Assembly: GCA_963832745.1 (NCBI GenBank) | Contig: CAWHVC010000002.1 | Location: 192,001 to 256,000 of the forward strand | Direction: 5' to 3' | Source: Candidatus Bathyarchaeota archaeon | GTDB lineage: Archaea; Thermoproteota; Bathyarchaeia; Bathyarchaeales; Bathycorpusculaceae | Length of the DNA stretch: 64,000 nucleotides | Part shown: positions 9,679-18,269 of the stretch, in pieces | Numbering within the stretch: position 1 is the first letter of the stretch | Layout: each line of letters begins with the position of its first letter | Notes under the pieces: generated by a model | What the model was told of the DNA's origin: nothing | What the model saw: only the letters and a program-made list of their open reading frames with translations | Database searches by the model: none | Program-made: the position numbers and the translations under genes

Positions 9679-10599
9679 TTAATGAATTGCAATTGGTGCT
9701 TTAAGCACATTTTCTATACGTTGCGCATCCTCTTGGCTCTCAGAATTCAATGGCGTCAATGTTATTTCTTCTGCTGATTTAACCCCAAAACCCAACTCCG
9801 CCGCACGTTTAAGTTGGTCCTGCTCAAACACTGGGTCGTCCCCAACTTTGCCTCTTGCACCATACAGTTTTAGGATTGCAACTCCCACGGCGTCGATAGC
9901 AACTCGGTCGCGGCTTGCAAGCAGCAAATTCGGTTCAACTACGGTTCCGCTTTCTGGTCCCTTAGTTGTGAACGCTTTGATGCCATCCATGATGACAAAA
10001 TCCAGGTTGTAGAGGTTGTTTATTTCTGCAATCATTTGCCTCTGAAACGGCGACCCATGCAGTTCCCACATGTAATCATAAATGCCGCCTGGAACACGTT
10101 TAGCCACCAGACCCACAGAGTTTTTCATGGACAGAGTAAAGTGTCCGCCGAAACGGTGGGTCTTCAAACAGCAAGTCTGCACAATCTTGTCTGCGTCATG
10201 GAACATTTTTGCCATATAGAAACCGCGTAGCCAATGGGTTCCTTCATGTTCATACTTTATCCAGTCATCTTTGCCGAGTTCATCAAGAACCACTGCGTTG
10301 AATCCAAGTTGGTTGGCTAAGTTAAACACGCCCATTTCTTCGAGTACTTCCCGCGTGTTCCCCATACCGCTCCGTTCCCCTAAATCAATCTCGCTGGCGT
10401 TGGCTGCTTTGAGCCCTTCAACTATTGCTCTAAGTGTATCCAAATGTGTCGAGGCAGGGAACGGGTCAGCACTGTTAAAATTCGCTTTAACCGCAACACG
10501 ACTGCCGCTGTAGTCCTGTAGTCCCATTTTTTCCAGCAAAGCAGGCACTCCGCTTGCTCGGTCGCTAGTTTTTAAAATGAAAACTTCTGCGTTAGCCAC
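9679..10599 (-). CDS. DUF362 family protein
   Basis: VAVKANFN, LKTHRFGGHFTLSMKNSVG, IMDG, DRVAIDAV. Confidence 0.85.
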   Translation of the reverse strand: MANAEVFILKTSDRASGVPALLEKMGLQDYSGSRVAVKANFNSADPFPASTHLDTLRAIVEGLKAANASEIDLGERSGMGNTREVLEEMGVFNLANQLGFNAVVLDELGKDDWIKYEHEGTHWLRGFYMAKMFHDADKIVQTCCLKTHRFGGHFTLSMKNSVGLVAKRVPGGIYDYMWELHGSPFQRQMIAEINNLYNLDFVIMDGIKAFTTKGPESGTVVEPNLLLASRDRVAIDAVGVAILKLYGARGKVGDDPVFEQDQLKRAAELGFGVKSAEEITLTPLNSESQEDAQRIENVLKAPIAIH

Positions 10600-10728
10600 A
10601 AAAATCCTGCTCCACTAAAGTCATGGGTGATGCGAGGGTTATTAGTTTGTCGTGCATCAAAGGTGAAACAACAAAACCGCAAGCTCTATATTATTCAATG
10701 GAACATTTTAGAAAACGAGTTAAGGTGT

Positions 10729-10806
10729 GGGCCCGTGGCTCAGTCAGGCTAGAGCGGTGGACTCTTAATCCATAGGTCGCGGGTTCAATTCCCGTCGGGC
10801 CCGCCA
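10729..10806 (+). tRNA. tRNA-Lys(CTT), CCA encoded, no intron
   Basis: GGGCCCG/CGGGCCC acceptor stem, anticodon loop CT-CTT-AA, GGTTCAATTCC T arm. Confidence 0.95.
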
Positions 10807-10976
10807 AATTTCACTTATTTCTTTAACTTTTTATCGGTTCATTTTGCATATAAAGCGCGTCTTCTTATAAGTAGCGGTGGCCCTGTATTATTAAAGGGAT
10901 TTTTGACGAAGGCTATTTTGTTTCTTAACAATTTATCACCTTCATTATTATCTTCAATTATAAGTGGAGCGATAAA

Positions 10977-11348
10977 ATGAGCAATAAAAATGGAGAATTT
11001 TCTACAAAAGAAGAAATATTTGAAACTCAAGAAGAAAGTGAAGACGATGATGAAGTGACCTTTAGGTTGTTTGTCAATGGCGAAATTGTCTCTTGGGCTA
11101 AGACGCTACTTTACAGTTACTTGAAAGAGATTCATACGGCAGCATTGGAAAAGCGGAAAGGCTATGGTGGAAAACTGTTGTCCCACATAGAAAAAACTGC
11201 AGTTGAGTGTGGTGCTACTGCACTGAACGCGTGTTTTGCTGTATCTTATAGTGGTGAAGCAGTGGGGTTCTTTAGAAGTAGGGGGTATTGGCTTAAACCA
11301 ATTGACGATGAGGAACCAAGATTTTTAGAGGTTACAAAGAAACTTTAG
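10977..11348 (+). CDS. GNAT-family acetyltransferase
   Basis: KRKGYGGKLL acetyl-CoA motif; AVGFFRSRGY. Confidence 0.75.
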   Translation: MSNKNGEFSTKEEIFETQEESEDDDEVTFRLFVNGEIVSWAKTLLYSYLKEIHTAALEKRKGYGGKLLSHIEKTAVECGATALNACFAVSYSGEAVGFFRSRGYWLKPIDDEEPRFLEVTKKL

Positions 11349-11569
11349 AATGTTTGCTCTGAAACATTAAACACATAAGTTCATAAACACATATGCTTAT
11401 AAGTGTGTATGTACATATTAAGTTATGTTGATAAGTCAATAAGTGAATTGAAGGTAATAAAATTATGACAAAAACAAGAACAAAATTCGGTATTTGGCAA
11501 TTCATTTATTGGAAATATGCTTGACACGTTGAAATCGTGAATAAAAATAAAAAAAACGAGTGATTGAAT

Positions 11570-11704
11570 GTGGGTCGAATTAGCGTAGATCTTCCAGACG
11601 AGATAGAAAAACAGCTCCGATTGAAAACTGTTGAAAGATTCGGCGGGAAAAAAGGCGACCTGTCCCGTGCAGTCGAAGAAGCAATAAAAAAGTGGTTACT
11701 CTAG
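11570..11704 (+). CDS. small ribbon-helix-helix protein (44 aa, not in ORF track)
   Basis: MGRISVDLPDEIEKQLRLKTVERFGGKKGDLSRAVEEAIKKWLL. Confidence 0.8.
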   Translation: MGRISVDLPDEIEKQLRLKTVERFGGKKGDLSRAVEEAIKKWLL

Positions 11705-11907
11705 AAAGAGTAACCCATCGTAACCTCATAATAACTATATTTTATCCTTTCGTAGAAAGGTATTAGGGAAAAGCCAGCTAGCCCTCGACACTTGAAGGCG
11801 TAGATCGCGTGAAGGGCTACTAGCTGAGGTCCTCCCGTTCCTAGAATGTGACGCTAATAAGAGCAAATAATCAAGTTAACATGAATTAGGTTTTTGAGGT
11901 GAAAGAA

Positions 11908-12069
11908 ATGGTTGATAAAAATAGAAATTTAGAGATTGTTTTTCTGGATAGAGAGAGCAAGTATTACTACTCTTTAGTTGAAGTTGAAAGCGCAGAGTTA
12001 GCAAAAGGTCTAAAAGAAATCTCCACAGAAATTGCGACAAGACTCCAGTTGCAGAAAGACCAAAGATAG
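11908..12069 (+). CDS. small hypothetical protein (53 aa)
   Basis: GAGGTGA SD; MVDKNRNLEIVFLDRESKYYYSLVEVESAELAKGLKEIS... Confidence 0.5.
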   Translation: MVDKNRNLEIVFLDRESKYYYSLVEVESAELAKGLKEISTEIATRLQLQKDQR

Positions 12070-12224
12070 CTTAGTTTTCTAAGAGGAACAGTAATGAACA
12101 CCGCGAAGCCAGTGATGAAGGTCAAAGAAAAATAAACTTTTCTCCCTGCAGATTTAATTTAGAAGAGAATCAGAAACGATCCAACATTGGACAAGTTTCA
12201 ACGGTCTACCCTCTAAAAATTAAT

Positions 12225-13181
12225 TCAAACATTTACTCTAAAAGCCCAATTCAAGTAAGTTCGAAAATCTCTTGAAAGCACCAAAGAAGGCTCAACGTAA
12301 CAATGAAGGCTACATTTTTGGCAATCCTGTGTGACCTTCCAGTTAATTCCGGCTATTGCCGTTTTAATGCTAGTTTCCAAAACGGAGACGCTTGTTGCAT
12401 ATTCATTTCGTACATAACAGGGAAGAACCAGCTTTCCATCCGGACCAACATTAATCATGGCCCAAGGTTTGCATGTCCACTTCTTCTCTCTCGTCATGAC
12501 TTTAAAGTAACTCATAGAATTCACAAGAGGGTACCCCTTCTTTTTCATTGTAACAAGCTTTCCAGCTATTTCCCTGATTTCTTTTGCTGTAGGCGCAGAC
12601 GCTTTGGCATTACAATAATCATGCGCTATAGCTACGGATATTCGGGCGTTTACTTCCTTTGCAAGCTTCACCATTCCTTCAATTTCGTCAAGGTTTTCAG
12701 ACATTATAGTAGTGTTAATTGTAACTGGAACCTTTTGTGCGGCTGCCGTTATACCTCTTAACGCTTTTTTAAAGCATCCATTAACTCCGCGGATTGTGTC
12801 ATGAGTTTTTTCTAAACCGTCCAACGAAACATACACGACGCCATTGATGTAAGGTGATATTTCATCAATTCTAGACTCAAGAAGGGTACCGTTAGTTATG
12901 ATGCTTGTGTGTAATGGCAGTGAACGTGAAAAAGAAAGGATTTCACTCAAATCTTTTCTTAGAAGTGGTTCTCCGCCTTCGAACGCTATTCCGCAGGCGC
13001 CTGAATTATAAATTTGCCTTAGGATTGCTTTTTCCTGTTCAAGGCTCGAATCTTGGACGGGTCTTTTCCAGAATGGGCACATTTTGCATCGTAGGTTACA
13101 GTTATACGTTAACTTGTGGCCGCAAAACAAGGGGACTTTGATGTCAAATAAGTTAGAGATCAAACCGCGATAGATTCTCAT
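12225..13181 (-). CDS. radical SAM protein with C-terminal SPASM/twitch-like Cys cluster
   Basis: CNLRCKMC, GGEPLL, SLDG..HD.IRG, CQKCSLHC. Confidence 0.9.
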   Translation of the reverse strand: MRIYRGLISNLFDIKVPLFCGHKLTYNCNLRCKMCPFWKRPVQDSSLEQEKAILRQIYNSGACGIAFEGGEPLLRKDLSEILSFSRSLPLHTSIITNGTLLESRIDEISPYINGVVYVSLDGLEKTHDTIRGVNGCFKKALRGITAAAQKVPVTINTTIMSENLDEIEGMVKLAKEVNARISVAIAHDYCNAKASAPTAKEIREIAGKLVTMKKKGYPLVNSMSYFKVMTREKKWTCKPWAMINVGPDGKLVLPCYVRNEYATSVSVLETSIKTAIAGINWKVTQDCQKCSLHCYVEPSLVLSRDFRTYLNWAFRVNV

Positions 13182-13408
13182 CCCTAGCCAAAACGTTTCT
13201 ACGTATTGACGGACGTTTTTCTGATGCAGAATAGTTGAAACGGTTTACCCTCCAAAATTATTTAAATATAAACTATCAGGTTCACGTAAGCAAACATAAT
13301 TACTTTTTGTTTCCTAACCCCTTTGTTATGTTAGCCATGAAGAGTTAATGGATAAAACTTCTAACTTAAAACAAAGAGGTTTGGTGAATACTCTATTGCC
13401 TTCACGTT

Positions 13409-13705
13409 TTATCTGTCCTCGCTGTAATCTCTATCCTCGTGGGCTTCTTCTTCGGATGTTTCTTCTGCCTCTTCTTCGCGTGCTCTCTCTCTGGCACCTG
13501 CAGCTCTTGCTTTATCTTCCGTTTCGCCTTTTGGAGGAAAAGCATCGTCAAGCCATGCTTTAAACTGTTTTTTGCCCTCAGAATTGGAGAATGCCCACTC
13601 GCACAATTCAATTATAACTTTATTAAGATTAACTTGATGATCGTCTGCTAATTGTTTGAGAAACTGTTCCCACTTTGTAGGGATAGATATTGTTGAATTA
13701 GTCAT
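13409..13705 (-). CDS. hypothetical protein, RHH-like N-terminus and acidic tail
   Basis: GGTGGTGA SD; TISIPTKWEQFLKQLA..NKVIIELCE. Confidence 0.6.
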   Translation of the reverse strand: MTNSTISIPTKWEQFLKQLADDHQVNLNKVIIELCEWAFSNSEGKKQFKAWLDDAFPPKGETEDKARAAGARERAREEEAEETSEEEAHEDRDYSEDR

Positions 13706-13838
13706 TTCTTATTTTCACCACCATTTGCAAGTTGGAATAATTATTTCAACAATTTTGTTGCTTTATACTTTTGCATTACGTTGCTTGACCAACCTGTTTT
13801 TCTCTAATTTTGACTAAAATTAACAAAAAAGAGTTGGT

Positions 13839-13997
13839 TTATTTCCACAACTTTTTGCCAGTAAACAGCCAAATGACCACTAAGACTAATGCAATCACAA
13901 GCAGTATATGTATCAATGTGCCTATGCCTGGCAAAGCAAAGAATCCAACCAGCCAAAGTATCACAACAATTACCGCTATTGTTAATAATGTGTTCAT
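13839..13997 (-). CDS. lmo0937/DUF5670-like small membrane protein (52 aa, not in ORF track)
   Basis: MNTLLTIAVIVVILWLVGFFALPGIGTLIHILLVIALVLVVIWLFTGKKLWK; GGAG SD. Confidence 0.8.
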   Translation of the reverse strand: MNTLLTIAVIVVILWLVGFFALPGIGTLIHILLVIALVLVVIWLFTGKKLWK

Positions 13998-14011
13998 GGA
14001 AAATTCTCCAA

Positions 14012-14302
14012 CTAAGCCTCAACTACTGGCCTTAGGTACATGTGCAGTTGATCTTTTGATACTTTTAAGTGTAGACCCTTGTCCGTCCAGCGTGCAACCC
14101 CTTTTTCTAGGGCTGAAATGGCCAACATGTTTCGTACTCCGCCTTTTTTTACGCCAAGTACTGATTCGGCTATGCTCTTTTCTAATTCAATTTCGAGGTG
14201 AGTAATCTTCCACTCTTCAGGATCAATTTCTATTTCTTTTACTTTGCCGATTTTCTCGTCTAACGCAAAAACATCTTTATCCATAAATTCTTTACTTTTC
14301 AT
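14012..14302 (-). CDS. PRC-barrel domain protein
   Basis: KDVFALDEKIGKVKEIEIDPEEWKITHLEI. Confidence 0.8.
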   Translation of the reverse strand: MKSKEFMDKDVFALDEKIGKVKEIEIDPEEWKITHLEIELEKSIAESVLGVKKGGVRNMLAISALEKGVARWTDKGLHLKVSKDQLHMYLRPVVEA

Positions 14303-14697
14303 ACTACTTGTTCTTCCCGGTAATACCAATGATTTGAGATACAATACACATAGCCATTGGCAGAGTTAAGCGCTTGTTACTGTGATCCCACACCGACAGA
14401 CTGATCTTTGGTCCATAGAAAGAATTTAAAACTTTAAAACAAATAGAAAAATGGAATTTAGGTTAGTCTTCACTTTTTTCCAATCAAGCTTAACAACTTT
14501 TTCTTAGAGGTTGGTTTTCTTATAAAACGTTTCAAGCTACATTCAAAATATTGCCAAATGGCGTTTTAATTCGTGAGAAAACTGCTTGTAATCGCTCGGA
14601 AGGCTTGTCCGCTACGTCGTCTCGCCTAATGTCATGTTCCCAAAAGTGTACGACAGTGCCAGTTCTTGACTAAATAAAAAAAGAAAGAATGTTATGT

Positions 14698-15225
14698 TTA
14701 GGTTGTTACCACTGTGGTTTGATCAATTATCTTTGCCAGTGGAGCATTCGTTTTCACTGATGCTATGCCATTTTCGGCTGACTGTTTGGATAGGTAAGAT
14801 TGGCTTACAGCAATTATCTGTCCAGTAGCTGCTTTCAAATGGAAACGATATCTATCAGGTGCATTGAATTGAATTTCGAAAACTGGAGCTTGAACAATTT
14901 CAACGTGGTGAACGGGTATAGTTCCGCCGGTCGTGTAATCAGCCGTTTTAGCTATTGGTGCATTCTTTTTTATTGACGCAATACCTTTTAGAGCATTTTC
15001 TCTTGTCCCGTACGAGTGGCTTACAGCAATTATCTGTCCGTTAGCTGCTTTTAAATGGAAACGGAATCTGCCTGCAATATCACATAAAACCTCAAAAACG
15101 CCTGTCACTTTCGCCACTACAGGAATCGGTTCAGTTATCACTTCAGTGGGTGGCAATGGTTCCTCAACTGGTAGTAATTGGTTCTGGGATTTTATCAGTT
15201 GCGTGACCCTTCTTTGTATGAGCAT
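14698..15225 (-). CDS. tandem YegP/DUF1508 domains (probably the C-terminal half of a fusion)
   Basis: Two FRFHLKAAxGQIIAVS.SY...A.xGIASxKxNAP repeats. Confidence 0.85.
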   Translation of the reverse strand: MLIQRRVTQLIKSQNQLLPVEEPLPPTEVITEPIPVVAKVTGVFEVLCDIAGRFRFHLKAANGQIIAVSHSYGTRENALKGIASIKKNAPIAKTADYTTGGTIPVHHVEIVQAPVFEIQFNAPDRYRFHLKAATGQIIAVSQSYLSKQSAENGIASVKTNAPLAKIIDQTTVVTT

Positions 15226-15697
15226 TCATTTCTTCCATAGTCATGAAGCCCAATCCGCATATAGGGCATGTAAGTTCCATATTTGGCATAAGTACTCCAT
15301 TCAAAACGTGTATTATTCCGTTGTCTGTTACAATGTCTGTGTTTATCATATGTGCGTCATTGATTAACGGGTTATAATGGGAAGTCCACCAGTGGGCGGC
15401 ATCAATTTTAACGTCTTGCCCTTGAAAAGTTTTCATAGTCTTCATTTGACCTATTTCGTCAACCGTAAACTTTCCCATGACAATATGGTACATCAAAATA
15501 GCCTTGAGTTTTGGAACATTTTTCAATAATCCATCAAGTGTGCCTGCGGTAAGCTTTGCAAAAGCATCATCATTTGGGGCAAAAATTGTAAACGGTCCTT
15601 TGCGTTTCAACGTTTCAACTAATCCTGCCGCTTGTACGGCTGCAACAAATTTTGTGAAACCGCCAGCTTCGACGGCAATATCAAATATATCTGCCAT
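15164..15697 (-). CDS. fasciclin domain + C2H2-like zinc finger
   Basis: GPFTIFAPNDDAF, ILMYHIV, NGIIHVL; CPICG..F......NAH....H. Confidence 0.88.
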   Translation of the reverse strand: MADIFDIAVEAGGFTKFVAAVQAAGLVETLKRKGPFTIFAPNDDAFAKLTAGTLDGLLKNVPKLKAILMYHIVMGKFTVDEIGQMKTMKTFQGQDVKIDAAHWWTSHYNPLINDAHMINTDIVTDNGIIHVLNGVLMPNMELTCPICGLGFMTMEEMNAHTKKGHATDKIPEPITTS

Positions 15698-15871
15698 TTA
15701 TTTTCAAATCCTATAAAAATTTTCTTCTATCTACTTAGAGTATACTACAGTGATCTAAGGATAAATAACCGTGTGACTGGGGAGCCACAGATACAGCATG
15801 CAAAATAGCTGTGAATAGCTACGCTAATGCTAATTGACTTGAAAACTGCAGGAACAATTTGATTCGCAGGG

Positions 15872-16657
15872 TTAGCTTTCAGCTTTTTCCCAGTCAGATT
15901 CAAAACTTGTTCTTAACACGCCAATAAGGTTGCTATTGTTTGTCCACAAAGAAGGGCTTTCACCTAATCCGCATTCTTTAGAGGTAGTAATCAACGCTTC
16001 TTTATCATCAGACATTATAAAATGATTCAACGCTTCACTATGAAACCTGATATGAACCGAATCGATACCAACGACTTTTTTCACTTTTTCCTTTAACAAG
16101 TCGTCTGGGCTTTCTCCTTCAAAAAGGAGCCGAACCTGAGTACCTTCAGTTATTGCCAGTTTATATTCATCTGAAAACTGAGCCAAAATTGGCATAATTC
16201 TTTCTTTATCTGAGATCAACGCAACTTCTCGTCTAGAGTTACTAATCAGCCCCGCAGTCTTTGCCAAAATTGCCTTCTTTTCCGCTATCAAAATGTAAAT
16301 GCTTTCTTCTCCAAGAGGCGATTGCTTCCAATCTTTGAGGGATAGCTTCTGAACCATGCTCCTCATGCCCATCAACCGTTCTTCGGCCTTGTTTTTTTCT
16401 TCTGCCACTAGTAACGCTAAGGAATCTGAAATAAGGGTTGCTCTGACCTCAGTTGGTTTGCCCAGTAACCTTTCAACTAAGCCCATTTTTTCGAGTGCAG
16501 GCAGTAGTCTATAGACATCTTCCCTGCGCACTTTTGAAAATTTCGATACCTGTCTAACAGTAGTTTTTTCCAGTTTAAGTATCGCTAAGTAAACCTTTGC
16601 CTGATTAAGAGTCAAGCCCAAACCAAGTAAAAGCTCAGTGTTTTCATCGTTAGACAT
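15872..16657 (-). CDS. TrmB-family transcriptional regulator
   Basis: LGLTLNQAKVYLAIL...VRREDVYRLL..LEKMGLV HTH; PLD-like C-terminal domain. Confidence 0.85.
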   Translation of the reverse strand: MSNDENTELLLGLGLTLNQAKVYLAILKLEKTTVRQVSKFSKVRREDVYRLLPALEKMGLVERLLGKPTEVRATLISDSLALLVAEEKNKAEERLMGMRSMVQKLSLKDWKQSPLGEESIYILIAEKKAILAKTAGLISNSRREVALISDKERIMPILAQFSDEYKLAITEGTQVRLLFEGESPDDLLKEKVKKVVGIDSVHIRFHSEALNHFIMSDDKEALITTSKECGLGESPSLWTNNSNLIGVLRTSFESDWEKAES

Positions 16658-16854
16658 GCTATAACTGCCATTAATTTTGTGTAGAATATTATTTTTAAAG
16701 TTTTAGGTTGTTTACGTAAAATATGCACCTTTTTCCTGTTTTATAACCGTTGTTTAACTAATTTTTTAAAAGTTTGTGTTTTGCTGAAAAAGCGCAACCG
16801 TCTGTTACGCCTTTTTTGAATTTTAAAAAAGAGGCTCGATGGCATTTTTACGGT

Positions 16855-17592
16855 TTAAAAAGTTGTTTCCAGCAGTATTCTTTTCAGGATAGTGGCTCCG
16901 TGGCTTATCTTCAATTTTTTCTCGCCTAATCTTATTCTGTAAGAAATTGGTATTTCCCGAATCGTGAATCCACGTCGCTCTATCAGATGGTTCAACTCGA
17001 CTTCAATATCAAAGCCTTTAGATTTCACAAGCCATCCCTGCAAGGCAGCTGAGCGTATCACCCGCAATCCAGTTAAGGGGTCCTGAAGTGGTACACCGTT
17101 AAGCAGGTTATGCGCAAAAGCTAATAGCATGTTTCCAATGCGGAAAACTCCATGCAGTGCTTCTTTGTCAACATACCCGTTAAGTCTGTTGCCGCAAACC
17201 ATGCCAACAAGCGGTTTTTCTTCAAGTATTCTTATCATTGCCGGAACGTATTCAGCGGGGTACGTGTAGTCTGCGTCAGTAAGAATGAAATACTCCACGT
17301 TCATGTCGGCAAACTCAAGAGCTTTAGCTAAAGCATCGCCCTTGCCAATGCCATCTTGGCAAACAACTTTTGCACCTATATTCTTAGCTATCTCAACTGT
17401 TCTATCACTACTTCTGCCGTCAACCACGAGCACCGAAATATCCCCCAAGGTGTCTTTCATCTCAGCTATAGTACGCTCGATTCCAGGCGCTTCATTTAAT
17501 GCTGCAATAATAACCTGCGCTGAATAGCGGGTTTTCATCTCTTGAACTAAAATCGTCAAATCCTTCATCCAACCTTTCTTGCTTTTGTTCAC
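16855..17592 (-). CDS. GT2 glycosyltransferase (Dpm1-like)
   Basis: NEA, VVDGRSSD.T, GKG, DADYTYP, GFDIEVE. Confidence 0.9.
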   Translation of the reverse strand: MNKSKKGWMKDLTILVQEMKTRYSAQVIIAALNEAPGIERTIAEMKDTLGDISVLVVDGRSSDRTVEIAKNIGAKVVCQDGIGKGDALAKALEFADMNVEYFILTDADYTYPAEYVPAMIRILEEKPLVGMVCGNRLNGYVDKEALHGVFRIGNMLLAFAHNLLNGVPLQDPLTGLRVIRSAALQGWLVKSKGFDIEVELNHLIERRGFTIREIPISYRIRLGEKKLKISHGATILKRILLETTF

Positions 17593-17673
17593 TCGTAAAT
17601 ACTGTTACGTGTTGATAGTTTTAGAATCAAAATAGTGCATGAATGCCATCTTTCCTTTGTCAGCATCAAGAGG

Positions 17674-17991
17674 CTAAGTACCGTTATGTTCAATGATTTT
17701 TCTAAGTGAAAGTTGGCTTAGCAGTTGGCTGATATTGCTATAAGTAATTACGTTCCTCTTAGCGTTTCTTGCTTTCTTTTGGTGTTCAGTAGCATGAGCT
17801 TTGATGGCGCGATTCATGGCCTGTAAATCTGGCAACAGCAGTATTTCAGCTCCGCACTCACAGCGAATGAGTGGCAAACGGTTCTTCAGACCTTTATCAG
17901 CATTAGCTTGTTTGCCTTCAAATCCCTTCTCAATCATTACTGCTTCAGTTGCCGATAGTTTCTGAAGTTTCTCATTAATAGTTGGACACAT
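17674..17991 (-). CDS. hypothetical Zn-binding protein
   Basis: CECG...H...H pattern; AGGAG SD. Confidence 0.6.
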   Translation of the reverse strand: MCPTINEKLQKLSATEAVMIEKGFEGKQANADKGLKNRLPLIRCECGAEILLLPDLQAMNRAIKAHATEHQKKARNAKRNVITYSNISQLLSQLSLRKIIEHNGT

Positions 17992-18269
17992 ATGAATTCT
18001 AAAAGCTCCTTTCCTTCCTAACCGATAATTATATTCAAGTTATCCTTTTATTGTCCTGTCTGTGGGGTGCCCCATCTACAACGTTAAAATGTCTTCATAG
18101 GTACTTAATACTAAAACTGCACGTAGGTTTGCATACGAAAGTCCGTAATAAGGTGGATGTTGGGCTTAAGAAGAATCACATACAAACACCAAAAGTCTAA
18201 AAAAGTATTTCCAACAAAAACAAAGGTTATAGCCGGATGCAGTAATCTTTTTTGACTACTGAGGCGTTG

